Shown: in pieces, positions 38,501-46,909 of the stretch
Position numbering within the stretch: the first letter of the stretch is position 1
How the letters are laid out: each line of letters begins with the position of its first letter
Source of the DNA: a virus
Virus record (IMG/VR): IMGVR_UViG_3300032050_000037
Coordinates: 1-64,000 of that record
Length of the DNA stretch: 64,000 bases
Direction: 5' to 3' (one strand)
Position numbers and translations under genes: made by a program
The notes under the pieces: generated by a model
Databases searched by the model: none
Seen by the model: the letters and a program-made list of their open reading frames with translations, nothing else
What the model was told of the DNA's origin: nothing

Positions 38501-38873
38501 TAAGAGATATTCTTCTGCAGGATATGTATCTGGTCCAGGTACAGGAACATCCGATTCTATTCCAGCAATGCTTTCTAATGGTGAATATGTAATTAGAGCA
38601 GCAGCAGTTAAATCTATAGGAACCCCAACACTAGATAGAATTAATAAAATGGCAATGGGTGGCTTAGCAACAAAATACAATATTCCAAGAATGTCCATGG
38701 GTGGAAGAGTTAATATGAATCAAGCTGGATTAGCCTCTACATCTAATTCATTATATAATATTAATGTTACACTTAATGGAAGCAACCTATCGCCAGACGA
38801 TGTTGCAAAAGCAATTGAAGCTAGAATGAGAATGATTGAAACTAAAGAAGGAAGAAATAGGTTATTTGTATGA
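32574..38873 (+). CDS. Tape measure protein
   Basis: 2099-aa Ala/Gln/Leu-rich helical protein following the tail chaperones. Confidence 0.93.
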   Translation: MAEEQIVTRIVATSDFSNLIVDLNKVSSALTNLQTKLNATNKNLSAQVAVMNRSFAETLRSTGQFSTHFVNLTSDVDKFGSQLDKGQIKLRQFFQVYQSHLKTNGGLIRQLAQQQVQLQNAVLQPLGKNAEGLMQYNVHIPTGLDKVKSKTALARQELQIMNRVVQEGANSLINWGKNTQWAGRQLTVGLTIPLAAFGKASADAFRAADQELTRLTKVYGGLAATSAAELAKVRQDVTATATELSKAYGSSFKETLALGADIAATGKQGNELLGSIKETTRLAVLGEVDRQDAMKATLAIQSAFKSNTDQLAESINFLNAVENQTSTTLNDLVEAIPKAGPIIKGLGGDVQDLALYLTAMREGGISASEGANALKSGLASLINPTKVATEMFAGFGIDLKGIVQKNAGDTTKTILALQAALDTLNPLQKQQAIEQLFGKFQFSRMNALFENLGKQGSQTLQVMDLMNASAADLANIAGRELSMVTESASGKYRRALEGLKADLAGVGEQFLTINTHLINMVDGILQFVNKLPGPIKSILSLFGGLTAVAGPLIMLTGVLGNFFGYIIKGVSHFRALFKGGEGWRLLTPEILAANKAGALAETTFYSDAKAADILNQAITRLSASYTKLAADANNAIIATNPGVSTVGGTPLVLSKQERIANPAHPLIGKIDERAAAHSRPRGRMTKSQRDAQTIHSVTPNPILVNQKIGQAPQIFTYQNMPDIPGLTTQGGVSTGIVAGEAAKWHSLMAALSMQTKQEVATLKKEISTTGTVSQEFLTSYSTILPAMTRVIDNAVLESQAIVRQTMAGKMRVDQAQAEIIRINAQLEQAMIQTTTQTAQQMGRTANLTAVPLLNQPIVDKSGKSNLRELFRSGRPVKRMLDAIARATGVKTWGGGYSIETTNPKRMNRGSIVPGTGNTDSVPAVLTPGEFVVNKEATAANLPLLTAINEGYGKGGPNFNDGGLSDLQSAHLMRSYQLLEDPAIQKALVAAGQDPKRLTSLTFQGFGQGTTAAIPRNINNLMAMAWDGSSAERSIRIAENMKLPRHLRGDIIPLTNSDAQRVSKFYKAIGIPAVASFFDRKDYQSDLIKRIAVASAKARGVSSTKDFNLFYQEELAKTTKAFNQGATHQAITRGLINEFIVDPKTSEFRPDALKKAYVTNVSRQRVRVRTGQSVPYSINRGSEEYSARQAARYGGGRWSNLLPLTTKLFGGRLRMNSGGLVPGYQDGGPVKPSMLGGIGQNLGYMGAMMGGATLGGQFGGTMGSIAGSILAPAVFTSLTQKISAVNKQGMASAGIFSRLGPIISNPYVMAGAAVIGVTAGLMKLKSRVEEFSRINRLAFSGGVKPIKDFDSELKQVIKNIEDTRATAELLHAQMNSAGISGLTLTIKQFADLREKVKSTHPELVKLFNQTPSDKLSQVAEGLKAQFVAAGDSAAKANAKIAALLAESGKAGFIQVVLGGQGLAGITDAKTAIDSMLKSMSRFKDAKDRAAGMLQIFTSMGDYIGNAKDKSAALKEQFDAIGKSNQANVKLTEQQINEIAKTNPMLAAILSTSDDIGTALAKWRLSLAGVQRDLNGLTNQQLKDFAAASEAIGAYYNKLLDVSSKEAQSNIMTGKLAKDIDAFNKKQQSAGKITVQNLQDQIDLKNKQIDQIKKEGEARKKALRDQQQIEDVKLQIQQEQLNYQIALASGDMASAAQAQINIQRLVGQQQLKAAEDAIDAAVQAKIDALQAQIDVLNKKSTAASNAAANNKPKESPYASTYQQIQGVYKEFSLGNIDEKEAMKRLNDLIRQLEQTPGGKKYLADLGVTGSAGNLVREDRETRRTDIDPNTTQGAALLKALQKGSDNLVVNAIGKSNQYLKDILAAIKNEGVNLDAGKTASDKSYDSVSGKTAAGGLNTTGTAKVYDAKTLNAAAGKAFNDRNSASAAGVGKSYRLFSFGGKTYAVSTVDGLIYEFDTNKNTTSKSNVGVATLALGGMVKRYSSAGYVSGPGTGTSDSIPAMLSNGEYVIRAAAVKSIGTPTLDRINKMAMGGLATKYNIPRMSMGGRVNMNQAGLASTSNSLYNINVTLNGSNLSPDDVAKAIEARMRMIETKEGRNRLFV

Positions 38874-39343
38874 GCGCATTAATTGTTCCAAGAGGATCTA
38901 TTCTTCAAATACAAGGTTACGATTCAACCACTAATGGCGGCGATGGCACATTAAAATATAATAAAGTAACAGAACATAATAGATCCCAGTTTGATATCAC
39001 TCCAGAAAGAATAGAAAAACAAACAAGAATGGGAAATGGTACATTAAGAAAATACTTCGTTGCAGATAAAAAAACTTTTAATTTATCATGGGATATGTTG
39101 CCATCATACAGAACATTAACTGTAGATGGAGCCTGGGGAGCAGAAGACTTAAGGACATTCTATAATAGCACAGAAGGAAAATCTTCTTTTAATATTAGGA
39201 TAAATTTTGCAAAAGATGGAACAAATCAGGAATCAGTTAATTACGAACAATACAGTGTAATGTTTGGAGAATGTAATTTTATCGTACTAAAAAGAGGCCT
39301 ACAGCCATTTTGGAACGTTTCCTTAACAATGGTAGAGGTTTAA
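38870..39343 (+). CDS. Distal tail or minor tail protein
   Basis: Immediately after the tape measure gene; RMGNGTLRKY...FNLSW pattern. Confidence 0.6.
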   Translation: MSALIVPRGSILQIQGYDSTTNGGDGTLKYNKVTEHNRSQFDITPERIEKQTRMGNGTLRKYFVADKKTFNLSWDMLPSYRTLTVDGAWGAEDLRTFYNSTEGKSSFNIRINFAKDGTNQESVNYEQYSVMFGECNFIVLKRGLQPFWNVSLTMVEV

Positions 39344-39344
39344 C

Positions 39345-41339
39345 ATGATAACTTCTTCTACTGCATTAAAAAATATATTTTATAATAAAGCCAGCGTTAT
39401 TATTAAATCTGGGTGTTATATTGAATATAATATGAATACTATGTTAGATGGAATATCTGTTACAAATAATATATCAGACTCTTTATATACTTCACAAATT
39501 GTTAACGCAGCAGATCAACAGGTATGGCCAGCAAGTAGACCAAATCCATATAAAAAATTATTTCCTGTAGACTCTATAGTAAAACCATTTAGACCAGAAA
39601 ATTCAGGAATTAAATATTTTATATTAGAAAAAGTTAGCAACGGATCTGGAACAGATGTTCCTAAAAATAGTTTTTCTTCATATAGATCAGTCAGCTATCC
39701 AGAAAGCCAGCCAAGAATATATTATCCAGGAGCAAGCACCTATTATAAATATTGGGTTACTCCACAAAATACTGGAGTAGATGTAACAGTTAATTATTTA
39801 ACATCTGGTACAAAATTTGCCCTAACAAATAAAATAGTTATTAAATTTGAAAAGACACATAGCTTGCCATCTTCATATACAATTAAAATAACTAAATCAG
39901 ATAATACTCAAGAAACAATTGCAAGTTCTTTATCTACCCCAGCAAATGGAATAGTAAATTTATACTATAATGGAACTACATGGTCAGCAAATCAATTATC
40001 AGAACCATATTCATTTGCTAACCCAGTATCTATAAAATCAATTAATATCACAACGCCAAGCGCAGGAACAGATAGAATTATTGGTCTTATTGAAATTTCT
40101 GCAAGATGGGTAAAAGATATATCTGACGATGTTGAGTCATTTGATATAAGCAAAGAGGCATCATCAAGCTCAGAAGATTTATTGCCAGTTGGCAAGGTAA
40201 CATCAAATAATATATCTTTAAATTTAATTAAATACAATCAAACATCTTTGCAATATGCTTCCTACAATAGATCTGTTGCCTTAAATTCTTCTTTAACTTA
40301 TATGGTAAAGAATGCAAAATTAACTCCTTATTTTAAAATATATCATGCTGACGGAGCAATAACTGAAGGTTTAGAAAAATATGACAAAATATATCAAGGT
40401 CAATTTTATGTAGATGAATGGAATATCGGTGCATATGGAGAGGTTTCTGTTAATGCATTAGATTCGGCAAAGTATTTAATGGAAGTGATATGCCCAGATG
40501 TTCTATGTGAATTTTACCCAGCTACAGCAGTAATACGTAGACTTTTAGATTCTGTAGGATATACAAATTATAAATTTAATCTTACATCAGAAACAGACTC
40601 TTCTGTTCCCTTAATTAATTATTTTTGGACAGATGGATCAAAAACAGTCTGGGAGTATATCCAGGAAATATGTAGAGATATACAAATGAATGCTATTGTT
40701 GATGAAAATGATATTTTACAATTTTATAGCAGAAATTACATGTATGGTCGTACAACAAAAGATTGGAATTTTTATTACGAAGCAGAATCTAGTATTTTGC
40801 CAAACATAGTTGATTTTTCACAAAAAGAAATAGCCTCTGCAAATCAAGTTAAAGTAATTTGGTCTACTCCAACATCTACTTCATATTTAGGAACATCTGG
40901 ACCTCTTTGGCAATCACCTACTAAATTTTTAGTAGCAGGAGGACTTCTGGAACCTCTAAGCGCTTCTGGTAATCAATATCTAGCAATTAAATTTGAAACA
41001 TTAGATAAGTATAGTAAATTTCAATCAGGATTTAATTTTAATGGATACTTTTTAGTAGATTCTGAAATAATTGAGTATGATGCAATGGGATATCAATATG
41101 TTCCAAAAGATTCAAACGACTTAACATTTATTAACATATGGATTGAAAATGCTGCTGATTTAAATAAATATACAAATTTTGCAAAACCTGGATCAGAAAA
41201 TATAGCGTCGGATATTTATATTAAACCAAATGGTAGATATAGAATTAAAACTAGAGGAGCTTTAGGTACTACAGCCGCAGCACATAATTCTAGTGGTGTT
41301 CCATCAACTCAGTATGCATGGACAGGAGTTTTATTATAA
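39345..41339 (+). CDS. Minor tail (hub/baseplate) protein
   Basis: Synteny; GQFYVDEW and IVDENDILQF hub-like motifs. Confidence 0.6.
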   Translation: MITSSTALKNIFYNKASVIIKSGCYIEYNMNTMLDGISVTNNISDSLYTSQIVNAADQQVWPASRPNPYKKLFPVDSIVKPFRPENSGIKYFILEKVSNGSGTDVPKNSFSSYRSVSYPESQPRIYYPGASTYYKYWVTPQNTGVDVTVNYLTSGTKFALTNKIVIKFEKTHSLPSSYTIKITKSDNTQETIASSLSTPANGIVNLYYNGTTWSANQLSEPYSFANPVSIKSINITTPSAGTDRIIGLIEISARWVKDISDDVESFDISKEASSSSEDLLPVGKVTSNNISLNLIKYNQTSLQYASYNRSVALNSSLTYMVKNAKLTPYFKIYHADGAITEGLEKYDKIYQGQFYVDEWNIGAYGEVSVNALDSAKYLMEVICPDVLCEFYPATAVIRRLLDSVGYTNYKFNLTSETDSSVPLINYFWTDGSKTVWEYIQEICRDIQMNAIVDENDILQFYSRNYMYGRTTKDWNFYYEAESSILPNIVDFSQKEIASANQVKVIWSTPTSTSYLGTSGPLWQSPTKFLVAGGLLEPLSASGNQYLAIKFETLDKYSKFQSGFNFNGYFLVDSEIIEYDAMGYQYVPKDSNDLTFINIWIENAADLNKYTNFAKPGSENIASDIYIKPNGRYRIKTRGALGTTAAAHNSSGVPSTQYAWTGVLL

Positions 41340-42994
41340 TGAGTACGTATACAGCAATACTTGATTTAGTTATAAATCCATCTGAAAATGGAGCAGTTAT
41401 TACTGCAGAAACATATCCAGGTTTAAGCGATCCTACTAATTATAATGTTCTTATTATTAGAGAATTTGATCAATATGAAACGACAATACAAAATTTTGAT
41501 ACACAATCTCAACCAATTACAATAAGTAATTTATTAAGTGGAACTTCTTATAAAGCAGTTGTTATACCATCTTTAAATGGAGTGTTTGATCCAAGAGGTC
41601 GTTGGGAAAAAAGATTTAGCACTTTAACAAATTATGGAGGACAAACGGTTTCTCCAACAAGGCAAGATTTTAAAGTCAGCAAATCTTATTTACAACTAGC
41701 AGTAACCGAAACTCAATATGCAAAAAAACAATCTGCTTTATTTTATAGAGATTTTGATTCAATAGAGGTACCTACAGTTAAAACAGTATCTTCTGTTAAT
41801 GGAAACTCATATAATACTGGATACTTTTCTTTTGGAACTAGTATATTAATGGATAATATTTTAGATAATACCAAACAGTCTGGTGGGATAGGATTCTTTT
41901 TAAATAGCTCTGGAACTAGTGGCTATTACTTAATTTTAGAATCAACTACTTCAGCTTCAGCTGTATTAGATAAAAAATCAGTAAGAATAGAAAAATGGGT
42001 TGGAAGCAATAAAATTCCATTAAAAGAAATAGGTACAAGAACTGAATCTACTATAGAGGGTATTTATGGAGGAAGAACATATAATATTGATATTAAAGTT
42101 AAGATTGATAATCAAACAGTATTTATTGATGCTTTTATAAATGGCTACAGAATATCAGCCACAGATACAACATATAAAATTAATAATGCTGTTCAAGTTA
42201 AATCTGTTATTTTAGCACCAAGTAAAAAAATTGGATTAGTCTGTTCAAGAGGTCAAGTTGCATTTGATTATGCATATGCAAATACTTTAAAAGATTATCA
42301 ATATGATGACAGATTTTTAGAATTAAATATATATCAAGGACAATTTAGTAATGATTTAATAAATACTTCATACGGAGATTTATCTTACATGGCAAATTAC
42401 GGAGAAGATGAGATTGCTTCAGGTAATAAAAGGGCTACTGCTGTTGATGAGTTTGGAACCGTAATAAGAGAAATTGTAAAAACAGATGTTTCTTTTTCTA
42501 AGAGACCATCATATCCAGTAAAATGGAGTACAGGAATAAATCCTTTTGCTAAAATACTTGGGCAAAAAGTTTCTAACTTTGGATCTCAAGCATTTGTTAT
42601 GAATAATACATCTACCACTATTCCTTTATCAAACGGGGCTGAAGCGGCATTTGTTTTATGGGGTAATGATCTAGGAGACTCTGGAGAACTAATATATAGT
42701 ACAGATGAACTAAATGATTATGTTACAAAAGAACCAGTTACATTTAAATCATTTTGGTTACAAAATGAGGCAGATGTAAAGTCTTTAGCAAATTGGATTA
42801 AAAACAATGTTATTAACAGAGGTAAAATAGTTAATATGAAAATATTTGGAAACCCTTTAATTTCTGTAGGAGACATTGTTTCAATTAAATATACTTATCA
42901 AGGACTAGCAGGAACAGAAAGCTTCATTGTTACAGAGGTAAAGCATAGATATTCTGAAGGATTGGAGACGGAGTTATCCTGTAGAACTTTATAG
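41339..42994 (+). CDS. Minor tail protein
   Basis: TAATG overlap with AGGAG RBS; C-terminal GNPLISVGDIV hub motif. Confidence 0.6.
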   Translation: MSTYTAILDLVINPSENGAVITAETYPGLSDPTNYNVLIIREFDQYETTIQNFDTQSQPITISNLLSGTSYKAVVIPSLNGVFDPRGRWEKRFSTLTNYGGQTVSPTRQDFKVSKSYLQLAVTETQYAKKQSALFYRDFDSIEVPTVKTVSSVNGNSYNTGYFSFGTSILMDNILDNTKQSGGIGFFLNSSGTSGYYLILESTTSASAVLDKKSVRIEKWVGSNKIPLKEIGTRTESTIEGIYGGRTYNIDIKVKIDNQTVFIDAFINGYRISATDTTYKINNAVQVKSVILAPSKKIGLVCSRGQVAFDYAYANTLKDYQYDDRFLELNIYQGQFSNDLINTSYGDLSYMANYGEDEIASGNKRATAVDEFGTVIREIVKTDVSFSKRPSYPVKWSTGINPFAKILGQKVSNFGSQAFVMNNTSTTIPLSNGAEAAFVLWGNDLGDSGELIYSTDELNDYVTKEPVTFKSFWLQNEADVKSLANWIKNNVINRGKIVNMKIFGNPLISVGDIVSIKYTYQGLAGTESFIVTEVKHRYSEGLETELSCRTL

Positions 42995-43018
42995 TTTTAA
43001 AATGGTATAATAAAAAAT

Positions 43019-43828
43019 ATGGTAAATTCAAATAAAAGAAAAGACTTAAAGGACTTAAATAGAGGCCAAGTAATAGTCCTTTCAGAAGATAGTGTAGATA
43101 GGATTATTGCCTATCCAACTGAATATTTAACCATAAAAGGCGGGTCAATTGATTATTCTAAATATCTAGCATCTAGTTTATATTCAGGAGAATCAGACGG
43201 AGAAAATTATGTAAATGAAGATGGAGAAAGACCTGTTGATGGAGGAGATCTAGAGGAGATATACCTAGATATACCAGAGCTAACAGATATTGAAAGTATT
43301 ACATATGAGCCATATTTTGACGCAGCAACTAAATCACAAAAAATTAGAGCTATATTAAAAATAAGAAACTCTAGCAAGAATCCATCAAATATTGACGGTG
43401 TAGATGCTAGAATATTTAATCCAAGTGTTATAGTTACAGCAATAACACCACAATCAACAAATAAATCAGTTGCGTTTACAGCGCCTACACCAGGAACACC
43501 TTCAGTTTATTTCAAACGAAATGGAACATCAATAGCTTGGGGTTGGAACAATGTTTCTGGACTTGGATCATTTTCAGAAGTAAGATATGATTGGATTATA
43601 AGTTCTTCAAGCTCTCCCACTGCTCCTGCACTCGAAAGCGGATCAGAAACATATTCAACTACTAGTTCTTATAATATAGGAAATAGTGGAGTTATGAAAA
43701 CATATAGAGTAAGTTCAAGGGATGGAGATGTTGATGCAACTTCATCATTTAGATGGCTTAGAGTACAAGCAGTAGTTACAGGAACAAATGGAATAGAATA
43801 TTCTTCATCATATTCTACACCAATTTAA
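43019..43828 (+). CDS. Minor tail or structural protein, probably leaderless
   Basis: FN3-like C-terminal half; ATG 7 nt after TGGTATAAT. Confidence 0.5.
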   Translation: MVNSNKRKDLKDLNRGQVIVLSEDSVDRIIAYPTEYLTIKGGSIDYSKYLASSLYSGESDGENYVNEDGERPVDGGDLEEIYLDIPELTDIESITYEPYFDAATKSQKIRAILKIRNSSKNPSNIDGVDARIFNPSVIVTAITPQSTNKSVAFTAPTPGTPSVYFKRNGTSIAWGWNNVSGLGSFSEVRYDWIISSSSSPTAPALESGSETYSTTSSYNIGNSGVMKTYRVSSRDGDVDATSSFRWLRVQAVVTGTNGIEYSSSYSTPI

Positions 43829-43836
43829 GGAGAATA

Positions 43837-44904
43837 ATGATTACAAAATTTGGAAAAAGATTTTTAACTAATCTAATTGCAGGAAATACAAAAAGTTTAA
43901 ATAAAGATATTGCAATAGGTATAGATCTTACAGAAGCAACAGAAAACGATACTAGACTTGGATTTGAATTTTATAGAGTACCTGCTTTATTTGGATCAAC
44001 AGAAATTCAAACAGTTGATAATGTATCGACATATTCTGTAATATTTAAAGCATCTATTCCTCAAGATGTTGAAGGGGAAATAAATGAAATAGGATTGTAT
44101 CCATCTGATAGATCTTCAATTAATAATTTTGATAGTAAATTTTTAACAGATTTTTCTAACTATTTAGACTGGACAGATGAAGACTTATTCAAAGCAGATT
44201 TTTCTACCAATAATCCTAAAATAGGAAATAATATAATAGTTATGCAGTCAGATGGACCAGCCTCAAATGAATATTTCTATAATATAGAAAATTTAGATTT
44301 ATCTGGATATAGCGTAAACGATACTTTAAGATTAGCATATAGAAAAATAGACGATAATCTAGAATCTATAATAATTAAATTTTATAGCTCAAGCACTGAA
44401 TATTTTGAATATGAAATTACACCACCTGCTGGAACTGGAGATCAAATTACAGAGGATATCTCCATGTCATTAATATATGCAGGAGCAACTAATCCAGCAC
44501 CAGATAAATCATTAATAAATAAAATTGGTATTACAATTACTCCATCTGGAACTGACACTACCTATGTTGGTTTTGACGGATTAAGAATTAATGATGAAGA
44601 TACCTTTGATCCATTTTTTGGATTAATCAGTAGATCTGTAGTTATAAATACTACAACAATATCTGGATCTTCTGGAGAAAATACAATAGAGGTTGACTCT
44701 ATAAATAACCTATTTATAGGACAAAAGGTATCAGGAACTGGAATTGCAACTGGTGCAACCATTACAAATATTGAAGATAATACCATAACCTTATCAAGCA
44801 ACAATACAGCAGCAGTTTCTGGTAATGGGTCTTTTTATGGAATTAAAAAAGTTGCTGGCAGATCTTTAGATATAGAATATAAATTGGATTTAGACTGGAA
44901 CTAA
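43837..44904 (+). CDS. Minor tail protein (fibre-attachment type)
   Basis: MITKFGKRFL...IAIG...EINEIGLY pattern. Confidence 0.55.
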   Translation: MITKFGKRFLTNLIAGNTKSLNKDIAIGIDLTEATENDTRLGFEFYRVPALFGSTEIQTVDNVSTYSVIFKASIPQDVEGEINEIGLYPSDRSSINNFDSKFLTDFSNYLDWTDEDLFKADFSTNNPKIGNNIIVMQSDGPASNEYFYNIENLDLSGYSVNDTLRLAYRKIDDNLESIIIKFYSSSTEYFEYEITPPAGTGDQITEDISMSLIYAGATNPAPDKSLINKIGITITPSGTDTTYVGFDGLRINDEDTFDPFFGLISRSVVINTTTISGSSGENTIEVDSINNLFIGQKVSGTGIATGATITNIEDNTITLSSNNTAAVSGNGSFYGIKKVAGRSLDIEYKLDLDWN

Positions 44905-44905
44905 T

Positions 44906-46906
44906 ATGACAACATATCAGGATCTATTAAAAGATACATCAGTAGCTATCGAAAATGGTAACTATTTTGTTGTAACTATTACAGATCTTGAATTAAATAA
45001 AAATTATCCAATTCAATTTAGATGGAAATATAAAGATGGAACATTTGGTCTTTGGTCTGCATCAAAAACATTAACTACCCCAGGAGAAACATTACCAGGA
45101 ACACCAGATCTTCCAGTAGGAAGCGTTTCTGCAGAACCAGGTTTAATAAAAATAACATGGAATGGTAATGACGCAGCAGGAAGAGCAATAACAAATATAG
45201 ATAGAGTTGATATTTATATTGATGGTTCTCCATTTGATGGCGAAAAAGCGGCAGGAAGTTTTAAAACAGCTGGAACTCAAACAATAGCCGCACCTGCAGG
45301 ACAATATGCCGTTGCGTTATATGCTATATCAAGTTACGGTGCTAAGTCTGCTGTAAGTTTACCAAGATCAGTAATTGTTCCAGCTATAACAGAAACAATT
45401 CTTTCCCCAGAAGATCCAGATATTCCAATAGTAACCGCTGGATTAGCTTCTGTAATTGTTGAATGGAATGGAAAAAGATTAGATGAAAACGGAGATCCAG
45501 TAGATTTTACTAAAGGAAGTTTTGCTGGTGCAAAAGTATTTATAGGTACTACAGCAGGATTTACTCCAAGCAATGATAACTGGGTGCATACATTAAATTT
45601 TGCAAATGGATCAAATAAAGTTTCAATAGGTGTTGGAACTATTATTGATAAATCTTTAGGTACAACATTAGATTATAATACTCCATATTATGTAAAAATA
45701 GACACAGTAAATGCTAGTGGTACTGCAAACGGACAACCAGTAGCAGCAGATGGAAACCCTATTACGGTTTCTAAATTACCAGCAAGCGAAATTAGTACTG
45801 GAATAATAACTGCAGATGCATCAATTACTGCAGGTGTTTCAGGCGGACAAAGAGTAGTTATATCAGGCAGTTCATCTCCATTTATTATTTATGGAACAGA
45901 TGGAACAACAAAACTATTAGAATATTTGGCAAGCGGAACAGCTGGAACACTTGCTATAAAAGGATCAGGAACATTTACTGGAAGTTTAGAAATAGGTTCT
46001 AGCAATGACATATTTAAAGCGGTACCAGCAACAGGAATTTGGCTAGGACATGCTGATTTTGCAAGTGCTCCATTTAGTGTTTCAAAAAGTGGATACTTAA
46101 CATCAACCTATGGAGAAATTGGTGGTTGGAATTTAGGAAGTTCATATTTACAAAACTCAACAGGAACATTAAAAATTAATAGCGGAAGCGATCCAAATAT
46201 ATTTTTAGGAAGTAGTTCTGGATATCATTTTAGATTAACCCCTTCATCAATATCACATTATAATGGTGGATCTCCTACTGGAAAATTTACATTAACAGCA
46301 AGCCCTGGAAATGATAGCTCACACCTTAGCATGTCTGGAAATATTACTGCGTCTACGATAACAGGATCATCTTTTGTTGTAGAAGAATCATATAATAAAT
46401 GGAATTCTGAAAAGTTTACTGTAGGAGATGCTAATACAAGAATAGAATCATTATCTAGTAGTAATGTAATTACTTTATACTCTGGTGTAGTTCCACTAGA
46501 ATTTTCATCAACTGAAATAGATACAGAATCTGGAGATACTGGAAGTTCTGGATCTACGTACACTCCATTGTCCAGAATAGAGTTAACTCCAGACGGAGTT
46601 GAAATTCAAAATATACCTGGGGTTGGAAATGGATTAACAGCTTTAGGAAGCCTTGAATATAATAATAGCGGAGCACCTAATACTGCTATAACACAATATA
46701 TTAGTGGTGGATATCCAAGTACTGGTACAAATGGCCCAACATATAATTATGGAAAGGCTGCAAGATATAGAGTAATTATTGCAGATCCATATGATGATAA
46801 TAAATTAAAACGTGGACTTGGAGTTTATTATGGAGTTCGTAGCGGAACCAATAACCCACCATCAGCAAGCACAGGCTTTGTCGGAGACCTTTGGATAAGT
46901 TGGTAA
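44906..46906 (+). CDS. Tail fibre or minor tail protein with FN3-like domains
   Basis: Ser/Gly/Thr-rich; GEIGGWNL fibre motif; C-terminal PSASTGFVGDLWI. Confidence 0.65.
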   Translation: MTTYQDLLKDTSVAIENGNYFVVTITDLELNKNYPIQFRWKYKDGTFGLWSASKTLTTPGETLPGTPDLPVGSVSAEPGLIKITWNGNDAAGRAITNIDRVDIYIDGSPFDGEKAAGSFKTAGTQTIAAPAGQYAVALYAISSYGAKSAVSLPRSVIVPAITETILSPEDPDIPIVTAGLASVIVEWNGKRLDENGDPVDFTKGSFAGAKVFIGTTAGFTPSNDNWVHTLNFANGSNKVSIGVGTIIDKSLGTTLDYNTPYYVKIDTVNASGTANGQPVAADGNPITVSKLPASEISTGIITADASITAGVSGGQRVVISGSSSPFIIYGTDGTTKLLEYLASGTAGTLAIKGSGTFTGSLEIGSSNDIFKAVPATGIWLGHADFASAPFSVSKSGYLTSTYGEIGGWNLGSSYLQNSTGTLKINSGSDPNIFLGSSSGYHFRLTPSSISHYNGGSPTGKFTLTASPGNDSSHLSMSGNITASTITGSSFVVEESYNKWNSEKFTVGDANTRIESLSSSNVITLYSGVVPLEFSSTEIDTESGDTGSSGSTYTPLSRIELTPDGVEIQNIPGVGNGLTALGSLEYNNSGAPNTAITQYISGGYPSTGTNGPTYNYGKAARYRVIIADPYDDNKLKRGLGVYYGVRSGTNNPPSASTGFVGDLWISW

Positions 46907-46909
46907 TTA

